DNA of 58,280 nt, the filler included, from Piptocephalis cylindrospora (lineage: Eukaryota), in NCBI GenBank assembly GCA_003614145.1. It is 3 parts of 3 records of this genome, joined end to end, with 100 filler letters (N's around TTAATTAATTAA, not from the genome) between each part and the next. Parts side by side here need not be neighbours in the genome. Positions count along the whole stretch, not along the records: positions 39,018 to 58,280 come from KZ987823.1; 2 more parts are not named here. The stretch is one strand, 5' to 3'. Under the pieces are notes generated by a model, which made no database searches, was not told the DNA's origin, and saw nothing but the letters and a program-made list of their open reading frames with translations. The position numbers and the translations under genes are program-made. Within the stretch, counting starts at the first letter, position 1. Each line of letters begins with the position of its first letter. Below, piece after piece: positions 46,013 through 58,280 of this stretch.

Positions 46013-48348
46013 CTAAACATCACCTGAGCCTCCTTTGGCGCACAAAGCCTCCAAATCGGCCACTTCCTTGGGGGCCCAGGCACTCAGGATGAAGGGCTTG
46101 GTAGGACCAACAACGACATCATCCTCAATCCGGATGCCAATCCCACGGAATGCCTTGGGGAACTGAGGCTCATCCGGGACATACAGGCCAGGCTCTATGG
46201 AGTATGGGTAATGAGTGTACACCAAGTGACATGTAGGTGAAGGAATAAGGGATGGGAGTGGTGCTTACCAATAGTCACGACACATCCAGCCTTGAGAGGG
46301 AGGTGTCGTCCAATATTGGGGGTATCATGAACATCGAGACCAAGGAAATGACCGACATGATGAGGGTAAAGACGACGCTCCACCTCCTATAGGCATGTGC
46401 GATATTGGATAGAGTGAGAAGAGGATATCAGGTTGAACGATGGAGGCAGGGTAAAAGCTCATCCTGTCACCTGATCCCTGTACACTGACCGATCGATTGG
46501 TGGTCCATCCTAGGTTGGCTAGCTCCTGTACTGTGGCCTTGACCGAGGCGTTGTGGATCTCATCGAGAGAAATCGCTTGTTCCTCCGTGCACATCTACAA
46601 GGGGAGAGTGAGGATTCTGTTTCCTTGGGGGTCAACACTACCTATTCGAACCCGGACTACCTTGATACAGCGCTTTTGAACAGCAAGGACAGCTTCGTAT
46701 AGATCACGCTGAGGTGAAGTGAAGGTGCCATTGACTGGCCAGGTACGGGTGATATCGCTGCAGTACCCCCCATAGGAACACCCTGCGTCCATCAGGACAA
46801 GATCTCCATCCCTAAAGGATAAACGAATAGGAATGGATGTATGAGGATGGGTGAGAGGGGGAGAATAAGGAGACTGGGTCAGTGTGAAGGATTTCACTTA
46901 CCGAAGACACTGCTGATTTTGGACATAGTGCATGGTCAGGGCATTTCTACCTCCAGCCACCACTGGGACGTAGGAAAGGCCTTTGGCCCCTCGTTTCCGG
47001 CACTCCCATTCCATGCGGGAGGCCAACAGGTCCTCAGACATACCCGGGCGCGTATGGCGCATGACCTGTTTTGATGAAGTAGAAGGAGGAACGTGGATGT
47101 TGAGCCCAAGGCTATCATTAAGAGTAGCAGGAGTAAAAAAAGACACGATAGTTCTTACCTCGATCAGGGCTTCTCCACTAATCTGGCCTGCCTGATGCAT
47201 AATTCGGATTTCGGCAGCACTCTTGATCCAGCGCATCTTTTGAACAATAGGCGACAATGGCCGTACTTTGTTCCCTGCTCCCGTTGTGGAAAAACGGTCA
47301 GAAGAAGAAAAGCGTAATCGAGAGAGGAGGGAGGAGAAGGAATCACGACTCTCACGTTGGCTTTCGCCTGGTCGCAAGATGTGCTGGGAAGCAAAAAGGT
47401 TTATATCCTTCGGACGATCGACTAAGAGTTGCTTGACTCGGCTCAGTGTCGCATCGTAATAGCCGGTAAATTCCTTTTGAGTCTTTGCCTATAAATTGGA
47501 GAGAAAGCGAGGAAATTGTGAACGGTGTGACGTGTCGCCTTATCGTGACCATCCCTCCTCCTATCCCCATCTATACGGACATTATCGGCGTGAAAATGGG
47601 TCCTAGCTCCTTCAAGCCCGGCCCTCGATCCCTCCCATAAGGCAGAGTGGGCATCCGTGGGCCGGACAAATAGAGTGTACTTTTCTTTTTTGTCAGATAG
47701 TTTTTCTATATAGTCCGATCGCATCTCCCCGTGCCAGAGGGAGGGGTTGGAATGAATCAGTCACACTAGGGGCATCGAGTGGGGAGATCGTACTTACCCA
47801 GTACGGCGGCGGCCTCTGGTTCATCAAAACCAGTGAGATAGAAAAAGTCAGTTGCTTGTTGAAAGGGGTAACTGAGATTTAAGGAGGACAGAGAGGATGA
47901 ATTAGTCGCTGATACGCTGGTAAGGGGGTGTCACCCCCCAGCAAGTCAGATGTGAATGGGCCAACCTACAAGATATTGTTGGTTGCGTAACGTGTCTCGT
48001 ATCCAAGGATAACAGCAGCACTGGAGGGCTCTAGGTGCTCTAGGAGCTGTCGACGCCTTTCGGCATACTCGGCCGCCTCGATCCCCAGAGTGACTAGAGG
48101 GGAGGAAGTGGTAAGAGCATATCGACTGAAGCACAAGTCGTTCCCTCTCCTTTACATGGATACGTACGATCCTTTGGTCCGAGAAGATGTGGATGAGAAG
48201 AGGGGAGGGGTTGACCCGCTAGGACAGGGCCGGCCTTGGTGGTGTTGCACGGGCTGGATGTTAAACTGGAATATATCCGTCGCGCCAAGGTCCTTCTAGT
48301 GGACCAGCGCATGCTTTGGGAAAAAGCGAGACGAGTCCTGAGTAGCAT
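46013..48348 (-). CDS. ICP55: Mitochondrial intermediate cleaving peptidase 55 (Xaa-Pro aminopeptidase, M24B)
   Basis: Presequence, [101 protein letters not shown]. Many short GT-AG introns. Confidence 0.92.
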
Positions 48349-50697
48349 GTCCGAGGGTGGGAAGGTGTCGAATGGTAATAATGTAGAGTAGAGGGCTCTG
48401 TAAGGTCACACTGTCATTTGGAACCAGAGGCAGTAGTAGTACATCTCCTGACGTGATACCTGTGCCTCATGCGTCATAACAAAAGTGCGGTCTCGCGGTT
48501 TTTTATGCTTAATGGCCTTGCAGACCAACTTACGCCGTCGACGCATTTTTCGTTGAATTTTTCATCTTTTATCTCATGATCTCTCATCCTTGCAACCCGA
48601 GCCAGTCTCTATGGATGCGGGTATGGTAGGCTTTCTTTCCCTCCTCCTCTCCATCCATATGCACTTTCTTGGACTAACCATGGTGCCGATTGGGTTCACA
48701 AGCACGTATGAGCACGGCTGCTTATCGTGCATTTCCTTCCTTTTTGCACGTACCGGAAGAATGAATATGCATCTGATTACTTCCTAGATTTACCACGGGA
48801 TGGGAATCTCAATGGAGCCCATCTGCCCAAAGATCCAATGGTGCTTTTAACTCACTCCATCGTTTCTTCCCATGTCCCCGTGGACCGGATGAACCACCCC
48901 GTACCAACAAACAAGCCAAGAGTTCTCTTTGGGCCGCTCAATGGCTCCGGAAGGCGATGTTGGAAGTAAATGACAAGGTCACACGCCCTTTAACATGCCA
49001 TATCCATGGGAAAGCCAGGTTGGCTTGGTGCTGAAAATGCCTTGCCAAGGCAGGTTGATATGGCGATAGAGTGATTCGTTCTTGCGATGCTCACTTGATG
49101 GAAGGAGGAAGAAAAAATGTATCCCATACTCTTCACCATTACTAATGAAGGATGACTAAGCCTATATACTGCAAGTGTTCATCACCCTCCTACTTCGTCA
49201 TTATCTCATGTTTATTCAATTCCAGATGGCATTTGATCTACAACCATCCTCTCCAAGCCCTTCCCCGCATAGTCTACCCCACATCATCTACCCCACATAC
49301 CAATTCACTTGGGCTCTCAGGCACTATATTGGCTCATCGACCTTGGCTCACGCGACTGGATTCACACGACTGCCGTCCGATTCCTACCTGCTCGACCAGC
49401 ACCCACCCATGACCACGATGGACCCAGCCCTTGATTTTGCTACCTCATCAAACTCACGCAGTGCCAGGGTAAAGCAGGGTTGGGGGTTCGGAGGCCGGAG
49501 GAACAGTTTGAGTTGCATTCATTGTCGTGTGCCTTGGGTGAAACGACCCTTCCAAAGCATTGCAGTCCAATTTCATGGGTCTTGCACCCATGGCAAACCG
49601 TTCTCTTTTTCCTCTTGAGCCAATCCTAAAAAAGACATCGTCGCTCGCATGAGCGGACCTTGATCAATGTGGGAATCATGTTTTCCCTCCAGTGTGCATG
49701 AACAAGCCAGGTCATTCGACGGGATGTGGGGAAATCGAACGAAGGCTGTCAGGTCCATCGCGGAGTTTGAGTATGTGGGGAAAGCATCAGAGCCAGCCAA
49801 TTATGGAGGAAGTATGCATTGTCCCACCCCATCTTCATTTTTTCCTTGGGCTTTGGATGCATAGCAAGTCGTTTGAGCAGGCGTGCATACTCTTGAAGAC
49901 TGTCTTTGTGATGCACGGGGGCAAATGCAGATGTATGGGCGTTAGTATGCATGCTCACACTTTTTCCTGAAGACACATCTTTAAGGGAAGGTCTCTACCT
50001 TTTCAGTCACATCACCTTATCACTCCATCTCCCTCTCCTTCCTCCGGGATTGATCCGTTCGTCTAGGCGCTCTCCCAGTTACCTCGCGGATCCCGCAGGT
50101 AGACGCGGGGATGTGGGGAAAAGGACTGCTCTTGACACGTTCACAGGCCCTGCCCGCACCCTCTTCTTCTCCTGAACTAGTGCCTTTTCCCTGGGATCTG
50201 CCGCATGGATGGTGGCGTCCACACACCCGCCCTTAGCAACGGCCACCCCCCGTCTTGCACTACGCTAGACTTTCATTGACCAGGGATAAGGGGATTGCGT
50301 GGACCATAGGCCTAGCATAGATCCAAAGGATGGCCTTTCTAGTAAAATGTATAAATACCAAGAGGATTGCCCATGTCTTTACCCCTACCAGCGCCCTTAC
50401 ATCACTTCATCTATCCATACCATCCTTCCCTGAACACACATTCCATCCCTTAACTGGCTGTGCTGCTCATACCCCTCCTCCCTTCCCCTCATCTTTTTAT
50501 CCATAATATTCTTCATCGTTCACACACTCCCATCCCATCCCGTCCCATCCCATCCCCATTGTCACATTGATTAATAGGATCCAACTTGCCTATACTGTAC
50601 CTTTCCCTTACTCTTCCCCATTTGCACTTTTCACACAAGCCTCCAGCCTCTCCACTCCATTCCAACTCATACCTTTGCATCACTCCCCCTCTCCGAT

Positions 50698-52155
50698 ATG
50701 GCCAACACCAAGGAGAAAGTCGGTCGCGCCATCGCGTCCTGGGCCCGTAGCTGGACCAAACTCCCCCCCCGCTCGAATGCGGTGAATCCCTTCAAGCTCC
50801 TGGCTTCCCTGAACCGTCAGCAGAGCATGGCCTTTGCCGCCGCCTTCCTCGGGTGGACCCTGGACGGTATGGATTTCTTCATGGTGACTATGAACCTCAA
50901 GGATATTGCCAAAGAATTTGACGTCTCCGTCACTCAGTTATCCTGGAGCATCACCATCACCCTTATGCTCCGCCCCGTCGGAGCCCTGCTCTTTGGACTG
51001 GCTGCCGACAAATGGGGTCGTCGTTGGCCCCTGATGATCGACATTATCATGTTCTCGGCTTTTGAGCTCGGCACCGGATTTACCCAGACCTACACACAAT
51101 TCTTCATTATGCGTCTCTTCTTTGGCATTGCCATGGGCGGCGAATGGGGATTAGGGGCCGCCTTGGCCATGGAAACCCTACCACAGGAAGCACGAGGCAT
51201 CTTCTCCGGTATCTTCCAGGAGGGTTACAGTCTTGGTTATCTCCTGGCCGCCGTCATCTACCTTGGTCGGGATACCATCGGGTGGAGGGGCATGTTTTGG
51301 ATCGGGTGTTGCCCGGCCCTCCTCACTATCTTTATTCGATTCTTCGTCGAGGAAAGTCACACGTATGAGCTTGCCAAGAAGCAGCGAGAGAAGCGAAATA
51401 TTTCCTTCATCAAGGAGATTGGAAACTTGGTCAAGCAGCACTACCTCCTCCTCTTCTACGGAATATGTCTCATGTCAGCTTTTAACTTTATGAGCCACGG
51501 CTCCCAGGATCTTTATCCCACTTTCCTCCAGTCCTCTCCTCTAAACTACAGCCCAGGAAGGACGACGGTCACGGCTGTGGTGTACAACATTGGAGCCATT
51601 ATCGGTGGTATCATCTTTGGATATGTGTCCCAGATCTTTGGTCGTCGTCGTACCATGATCTTGACCGCATGCTGCGGCGCCTGCTTCATCCCCCTGTGGG
51701 CCTCGACCACCCAACCCTTTGGTGGCGTCCTCATGGGGTCCTTCTTCCTCCAACTCTTTGTCCAGGGTGCCTGGGGTGTCATCCCTGTCCACATCAATGA
51801 GCTTTCCCCCGCTGGCTTCCGTGGTACCTTCCCCGGTCTTTTATACCAGTGCGGAAATCTTGTGTCCAGTGCCGCCTCCACTATCCAGTCTCAGCTGGCC
51901 GCCAAGAGCCCGACTCCTGATGGCCATCCTGATTATTCGCGTGTCCAGATGATCTTTATGGGATCCATCTTTGCTGCTGTCGTCGTCTTTGCCTTTATCG
52001 GCCCCGAGGAATGCGGCGCAGATCTAGATCAAAAGGAGCTCGATTTGGGTCGGGAGCATGGAGAGCAGGACCACGAGAGTGACCTTGTCATTGAATCCTC
52101 GGGAGAAAAGGCTCTTGAGGCTGGGGATATGGCTGACGCCAAGGCCAAGGTCTAA
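50698..52155 (+). CDS. JEN1: Jen1-type carboxylate:H+ symporter (MFS, SHS family)
   Basis: About 12 TM; LMLRPVGALLFGLAADKWGRRWP, MGGEWG, and the Jen signature NFMSHGSQDLYPT. TATAAATA at ~50350. Confidence 0.92.
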   Translation: MANTKEKVGRAIASWARSWTKLPPRSNAVNPFKLLASLNRQQSMAFAAAFLGWTLDGMDFFMVTMNLKDIAKEFDVSVTQLSWSITITLMLRPVGALLFGLAADKWGRRWPLMIDIIMFSAFELGTGFTQTYTQFFIMRLFFGIAMGGEWGLGAALAMETLPQEARGIFSGIFQEGYSLGYLLAAVIYLGRDTIGWRGMFWIGCCPALLTIFIRFFVEESHTYELAKKQREKRNISFIKEIGNLVKQHYLLLFYGICLMSAFNFMSHGSQDLYPTFLQSSPLNYSPGRTTVTAVVYNIGAIIGGIIFGYVSQIFGRRRTMILTACCGACFIPLWASTTQPFGGVLMGSFFLQLFVQGAWGVIPVHINELSPAGFRGTFPGLLYQCGNLVSSAASTIQSQLAAKSPTPDGHPDYSRVQMIFMGSIFAAVVVFAFIGPEECGADLDQKELDLGREHGEQDHESDLVIESSGEKALEAGDMADAKAKV

Positions 52156-53519
52156 CAAGTCAACGTGTATCCCGTTGACCTTCGTATATGTGTGTTGTAG
52201 GTGGAGGATGTACATTGCATGTGCCCTGAGATCATCTCAAGGCTGCTTTGCTCTCTCTTTCTCATACAAAAAGAATGGCATCCATCCTTTTCTTTGAATC
52301 TCTCCCCCTATTTCCCCGTGTGTGCTTTCTACATAATTTGGCTCTATTATGCTTGAATAGAGGTGGGTAGACGCGTGGCTAGTATAGGGTTGAAGAGGTA
52401 AAAAAGGTCAAAGCTCACTTGATGTGTCCGTATGTGTGCACGGGTAGATAGGACGCAGGTGTGTACGTCTTGATCCCCCTTACCTTGCAATGAACATACG
52501 CGTAAATCGCGATATGGACGTCGTTGCCTTGCCGAGGCCAATTCATGAAAATACCTCCATCTCTCTCTAGAATTACAAGCCAAAATTTATACAGTCCTAT
52601 CCCACTGTGTCGAGGAACTTTTGAAATGTTGTTAAAACAATGCACCTTAATCTTTGCTCGCTAATTGTTTAAGTGGTGAATGTTCCAACAAATCAAGAAT
52701 CAACCGTTAAATGATTTACCGTGGGTGAGATACGTCAGAGATGGATCACTTTGATAGCTTTAGCATTAGAGAGCTATCAAAGTCCTCATATTGTTAGAGC
52801 GCCCCTGCCCAGTTACCTCAGGTGACCTTATTGTCATTTCATGGCTTTGTTTTGAGGTGAATATCGAGCGAATATCCCACGGTCAAATGTAGTGGGTGCA
52901 AGTTTTTGACGCTCACTGGCATAAAGGCCTGAAAATAAATGGGTTTTCAAAGCATAGTCTTTGACGTTCTCATCACATGTATGAGAGACCCCCCAAAGAC
53001 CCCCTCTACTCCAGGCTTGAAAGGAAAGTAGCACAGCCTAAATGTATCTCTTCCTTGTGGAATTTAGTAGGATCGGAAGGCCCTCTTGCCGATTTTACCC
53101 CAAAAAAAGGGGCATGCACAAGCCTGAGGGGCTTACCCGTGCCTCTCCTCTCACTGACCAGGTCAGATGGAGAAGGAGCGAAAGGGTGATGAACGCCACT
53201 GTCCCCATTCAAGTAAGACATGCTACTCTCACACACAAGGATGATTAGAAGCATCCCGTCCTTGCGACTCAAGCGACTAAACGTCTCCATTGGAGGACGA
53301 TAAGTTGGGAGACTCATAGTTGCCTTTCCCCCTCCCTTCTCCCGATTACCCCGCGTCTACCTCCCCTCCTCCCCCTAGAATCAAGGCTCCCACTGATAGT
53401 ATATAGACCCCCGGACTTTGCTGTGTACATGACCCCAAGAGGCTACTCTCCTGGTTCTTTCACCCTCTGATCCATTTGCCTCTTTTTATCCCTCGAAACC
53501 TTTTCCTCTCTCGGCCACG

Positions 53520-55092
53520 ATGTCGGACATGTCCGTGTTGCTGTCGGACACTGAAACCATAGACTCTCCAGTCACACTTTCGCCCGCTTCCTCAGGGACG
53601 TCCACCCCAACATCCTCTTCCTCCTCTCACCGACCATCTATCTGTAAAAGTACTGATCATCTCCCCGCTGGATACCTGGGAGTCCTGACTCACGCTATAA
53701 CCGGGGCTGCCCGTGCCTACATACAAACCTTACTTGGTCGAGGCGGCCTGACCTTCTTCATTAAGCTTCTCGCCGTTTCTCGGGGCAAGCTGAGTGTGGG
53801 AAAGGCCTTTCGCACCTCCTTTGGCTCGGAGGAAACTCGAAGATTTGCAGCCACCTTTGGTCTCTTTGCCTTTCTCTGGAAAGCGGTGAATAATGGCATT
53901 CGCGTAGCTCGTGGCGGTCGGGTTGATCCGTGGAATGGGGCCATTGCAGGTAAAATAGGACATAATGGGGGCATGATGATGGGCAGCGAGGGGATGATCA
54001 TTGATCAAGTGAAATGACAAAACTTTCTCATGAAATCTCTCTTTATGCTAGGTGGTGTGGCTGGTCTAGCCATCCTCGCCGAGGCTCCGGAACGACGATT
54101 GGTCTTTGCTCAGCAGCTGCTCGTACGGTACGCGATATATGCTCTTCATTTCATCTCGCTTCATCTCATACTCCTCTTCCGGAGGGGACAGGGCTGTGCA
54201 AGCCATGTACAACCATCTCAAGGATCGAAATATCATCCACTTTCCCCAAGGAGATACGCTCCTCTTTACTCTAGCATCAGCCCAGGTCTTGTACGCCTAC
54301 ACCATGAGACCTCACACTCTAGATCCCACGTTTTACCGCTTCATGGTGGCCACAGCACGGGTCCCTGGTTCAGTTCTACGGTACAATGAATCACTGGTCC
54401 GAGGAAAAATAACCACAGGAGGGACGATGGAGGCCACAGAAGATGTCCTGAGCATTGCTAGAAAGTACCATGCTACTCCGAAGAACCTGGAGAGAATTGG
54501 GGAGTTTCTTCAGCTCCCCCCCTCCGCTACTGCCATCATGCCCTGCGACATGCTCCACCTTTCCATGGACAATTGTCTCTATGCCAATGTGGAACGATGG
54601 ATCCGAGTAGCAAGGGCCATTCTTCCGGTTAACGCCTCCCTTAACTTGGTGCCCACATTGCTCTTCCGCTTTTCTCGGATACGAAATGCCCCTGGAAAAA
54701 CGGCCCTTCGGATGCTTCGGGACACGTTAAGATCTTCCAGCTTTCTGGCCACCTTCGTGACCATATACCAGATGGCCATGTGCTTCATTCGGTCAAGCGG
54801 GGTTCAGGATCGGCCGATCTATTACTGGCTGGCCGGGGCCGCATCAGGTCTCTCTATCCAGATGGAGACAAAGGGTCGACGAAGTGAGCTGGCTCTATAT
54901 GTGCTACCCAAGGCAGCGGACGCGTGGATGCGGATGATGGTGGATCGTCGATGGATTTTTCCATTTCCCCACGTACCCCTCCTTCTCTCCAGTGTGGCCA
55001 TGTCCATACTCATGTCGCTGTATCAGGAGGAACCCGGATGCATTTCTCCTCTCTTCCAGTTCATCATACGTCGTCTCTTTGGAAGGAATTAA
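53520..55092 (+). CDS. TMEM135-family (peroxisomal membrane) protein
   Basis: RFAATFGLFAFLWK..NGAIAG|GVAGLAI, GDTLLFTLASAQVLYAY..P.TL, PCDMLH...C, RSSSFLATFV, ETKGRRSELALYVLPKA. Introns ~53950-54051 and ~54128-54191. Confidence 0.85.
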
Positions 55093-55311
55093 TGTTTCAT
55101 AAATATGGGGTTCCTTGCATAGAGTAGATTTGCGTGGGCGCCCATGTTGCTCTTTATGATGAATCAGTGGGTCTAGATCAATTTATACGACCGTACACAA
55201 CACACAGATAAATAAAAGAATGCTTCATTCTGTACAATTGCTCGTTCGTTACAGTTTTCCGGAAGGTGGCGGTAAATACACAAACAAATATGAATTCCTT
55301 CCCCTTTTCTA

Positions 55312-57906
55312 TCACCAGCGAGAAGAGGAATCATCCCTCTCCTCCTCTTTATCATCCGTCTCCTTGGCCATGGAATCAGGGGTGCTGGTGCCCTCCTGTT
55401 CCGCGGATGAGCCCACCTCCTCAACTTCATCTTCCCGTGCCTCCTGCCCACGCATAACCCATAGGAGGGTCCGATTGGGGCTCTTGGGAGAGCCGGGTGT
55501 ATGAGCTTCCTCCTGGGGACGGGGATGGGATCGGTCGAGATCGGTCGGGGAGGTTCCATCTCCACTGGACATGGCCGCCATTGACGTTGGTGGAGGATGG
55601 GGGGAGTTCATGTCCGGAGCAAGTTGAACGCCATCCTGAGATACCCATTTCCATGAACTTCCGGACCCCGGGATAAGAGGGATGGTGGCATGAGGATGAA
55701 GATGGTAGTGATGATGGTGGTGATGGACGTAGTGATGGTAATGATGCTGGGCTTGGCTTGATGTTCCTTTACCTTTTCTTCTCGTCTCTCTCCTCCTCCT
55801 TCTTTCCTTTTTCTTGGATTCGCCTTCTGGGCCCCTCAGTAATTGAGAAGTGGTCGAAGAAGAGGGCTCCTGGGAGGAACCAAAGGCCATATCGCCGTTC
55901 GAGGGATTCGAAAAAGAAGAGGACATCCTCTCTGGACCGGATGTTACCTTGGGATGACTCCCTTCATCAGGCAGAGAGCTTACGCCGATGGAGTCAGTTG
56001 AAATTGAGGGGAGAGTAGCATCGCGAGCCTGGGAAGGGCCAGATGGGCCTTCTCTTCCATTGTGAGATGAACCATGAAAGAGGGAGGAGCTCTTCATTCT
56101 TGATGATCTGCCTGTGGGGGCATGGCGGTTTTTTTCTCCTATCATTTGAGAGGAGGCTCTGGAAGAGGAGGAGGTGGAGGTGGAGGAGGAAGCGGAAGAA
56201 GAAGAAGGAGTACTAGTACCCATACTGGAATTTGTCCCCCGACTATCGCCCTCATCATTGCCACTACTCTCAGTAGTCATATCCTCACTGAGGGGAGAGC
56301 TTCCCTTTGGAGCGTCCTCATGATCCCCCATGTATCCTGATTCCTTTTCCGCCATGCCGGTAGGGGATTCAAAAACCACAGTGGTGGTGGGGACAGTGGC
56401 TGAGTCGAGCCACTGAGAAGAGCCTTCATGCCCCCCAACGGTACTGGACTTTTCGCCCATGAAGGAGGAAGTGTCGGAAAGGGGGGAGGGCGTCGTGGAA
56501 GGATTGCTTGTCCTTGAACCGGAGGTCGCTGACGAATCCGTTGAGGAGCCATCGATTCCACTGTCCTTCCCCGATCCCCGACCGGAGTTCGTCTGTTTAG
56601 GGGGAGAGGTTTGGATGGGCCCATGATGCTTTCGAGCATCTTCCTTCTCCCCATGCCGTTCCCCTATTCTCTCCTTTCCTCCCTTTTCCTTGCATTGATC
56701 AAATTCATGAGGATTGAGCGGTTCGGTCCCATTCATCGTCTCTGTACCACTGGCCGTCTCGAGCTCGCTGGTTGTCTCCTTCTCACGAGTAGCTTCCTTC
56801 CGACGGGCAGCCTTTTTCCGCATGGAGATACATTTTAATTCCCTGGCCCGACGGTTTTGGTACCAGACCTGAACATCCCTCTCACTGATGCCGCATTCAT
56901 GGGCCAGGAGAGTGCGATGGGCCAGGGAAGGTGTGGAGCTATCCTGGGAAAAAGCAGTGGAGAGGATGGACAACTGCTCCGTGGTGTACTTTCTCCTCTT
57001 AGACCTTCGCGGCCGAGGGGCCGGGGGCCTTAGGTGGAAGGGAACACCAGGAGGGGGCTTAATAGTGCCGGGATGAAAGGAGGGTGGGGCTTGGGGGGAG
57101 GAGGAATGGACAGGTAGGATAAGGGGGTTTGATGAGACGGGATTTGGTTTGGGGGGTATGGTCATGGTGATGGATGCAGGGATGGAGGGAGTTGCTGAGC
57201 GGAGTGGAGGGGGAGCAGAAGTGCCGGACATAAGTAGACCGGGAAGAGGAGTTGGGCTACTGAGCATAGGTGGATTGGAAGAAACCCGAGAGTCATCGGA
57301 TGATTCGTTCAGGTCCTTGGATCGAAGGTGGGACAAGTCTAATGGAGTGACATCTCGATGAGGGGGGGAATGACGTGGGAGTGAGCGGTCCGAGGAGGAA
57401 GAGCACGCTGAGTGAGGTCGTTTCGGATGAGATGGTGGGGGGGAAGGATGACTAAGGGGATCAAAGGCCTTGGTGCAGAGGTGTGGGGAGGATGGGAGAT
57501 CGGACTTGAGAGGCAGGGAAATGGGCCTTGTGGAAACTGGGTTCATGGCTTCTCGTGCAGGATGGGAGATCCTATGAGATGGAGGATGGTTGGGTAGATG
57601 AATGATGGGACGAGGAAGGGGAGAAATGATGGAGGAGGAGGGAGCGACAGGGGGAAGGGAGGAGAGTTGGGCCTGGGGATCCGGGTTAAGAAGTAAACTA
57701 AGGTGAGGGTACACCACGCTTGATGAAGCGAGTGAGGGATGATTGGAGGGAAGGGAGGGGGCGGGTTTAAAAGATATCAGATCATGGCCCCGTCCACTAG
57801 GGGGGACTGGGGTGACTGAAGTCTCATGCATAACCGTGGTTTTTGGGGTGCTAGGGGAGTTGGACCGGTGAATCATCATCAAGTTCATTCGATCCCACTG
57901 AACCAT
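55312..57906 (-). CDS. Homeobox transcription factor (mostly disordered; His-run near the C-terminus); true 5' end uncertain
   Basis: Homeodomain RPRRSKRRKYTTEQLSILSTAF...PSLAHRTLLAHECGISERDVQVWYQNRRAR at ~57016-56836. Confidence 0.88.
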   Translation of the reverse strand: MVQWDRMNLMMIHRSNSPSTPKTTVMHETSVTPVPPSGRGHDLISFKPAPSLPSNHPSLASSSVVYPHLSLLLNPDPQAQLSSLPPVAPSSSIISPLPRPIIHLPNHPPSHRISHPAREAMNPVSTRPISLPLKSDLPSSPHLCTKAFDPLSHPSPPPSHPKRPHSACSSSSDRSLPRHSPPHRDVTPLDLSHLRSKDLNESSDDSRVSSNPPMLSSPTPLPGLLMSGTSAPPPLRSATPSIPASITMTIPPKPNPVSSNPLILPVHSSSPQAPPSFHPGTIKPPPGVPFHLRPPAPRPRRSKRRKYTTEQLSILSTAFSQDSSTPSLAHRTLLAHECGISERDVQVWYQNRRARELKCISMRKKAARRKEATREKETTSELETASGTETMNGTEPLNPHEFDQCKEKGGKERIGERHGEKEDARKHHGPIQTSPPKQTNSGRGSGKDSGIDGSSTDSSATSGSRTSNPSTTPSPLSDTSSFMGEKSSTVGGHEGSSQWLDSATVPTTTVVFESPTGMAEKESGYMGDHEDAPKGSSPLSEDMTTESSGNDEGDSRGTNSSMGTSTPSSSSASSSTSTSSSSRASSQMIGEKNRHAPTGRSSRMKSSSLFHGSSHNGREGPSGPSQARDATLPSISTDSIGVSSLPDEGSHPKVTSGPERMSSSFSNPSNGDMAFGSSQEPSSSTTSQLLRGPEGESKKKERRRRRETRRKGKGTSSQAQHHYHHYVHHHHHHYHLHPHATIPLIPGSGSSWKWVSQDGVQLAPDMNSPHPPPTSMAAMSSGDGTSPTDLDRSHPRPQEEAHTPGSPKSPNRTLLWVMRGQEAREDEVEEVGSSAEQEGTSTPDSMAKETDDKEEERDDSSSRW

Positions 57907-58280
57907 ACGAAAGGGAAGGGGAGGGAAGGGGAAGGGGGGATGAAAATTTAAAGAAAGGAGATCAAGTAAAAAAAACGAGGGTGAATGTTAAAAGTGAAGA
58001 AGGAAGGAAAAGAGAGTGCGGAGAATGCAGAGGGTAATGAGACGGATGAATTTTGGCACAAGGGTGGCGCTTTATACTCCCCCTTTCTCCGACCCCTATC
58101 GACTCTTCCATTTTGGGATAAGAGTGAAGAGGGGAGCTGGCGGGGGGGGGGGGGCCGGCCCCCCGCCCTTTTTTCTCCCCCCCCTTTTCCGTACCCTTGT
58201 TTTTCTATCCAAAAAATCATTTTTTATATGGCGACGTATGCTTAGGAAGTGTGCAAAAATCGGCGTTTGCTTCTCAATCT

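Noticed and set aside
48400..50690. 2.3-kb intergenic region before JEN1 with short ORFs and scattered GCCARG sites
   Set aside because: No coherent ORF or RNA structure, and the motif count is not clearly above chance; probably a long divergent promoter.

Overview
Compact, intron-containing eukaryotic DNA. It is clearly fungal from gene content and short GT-AG introns; the style suggests an early-diverging lineage such as Zoopagomycota, but that placement is only an inference. Two 100-bp N gaps (19498-19597, 38918-39017) each contain an artificial six-frame-stop linker TTAATTAATTAA, so linkage across them is unproven. Recognisable genes: CorA/ALR-type Mg2+ transporter, IES6, SPT6, NOT4, VMA1 (no intein), MSS51, SPT2, bleomycin hydrolase, a partial ADP/ATP carrier, BUR6/DRAP1, tRNA-Ala(AGC), RFC1, a small EF-hand protein, ICP55, JEN1, a TMEM135-family protein and a homeobox factor, plus several unknown proteins. 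Most notable: (1) a 1016-aa protein whose ordered blocks follow, in order, the conserved core of animal ANKFN1/WAKE/Banderuola, fused to a FERM-F0/ubiquitin-like domain; (2) a dispersed ~120-bp repeat family in six copies, resembling the 3' end of a non-LTR retroelement; (3) an ADP/ATP carrier with animal/amoebozoan-type rather than usual fungal signatures; (4) a minisatellite of PacC/Rim101-like sites upstream of the Mg2+ transporter; (5) a secreted Cys-rich effector-like protein; (6) an IES6 start codon split by an intron. Family assignments come from recalled motifs, not database searches.
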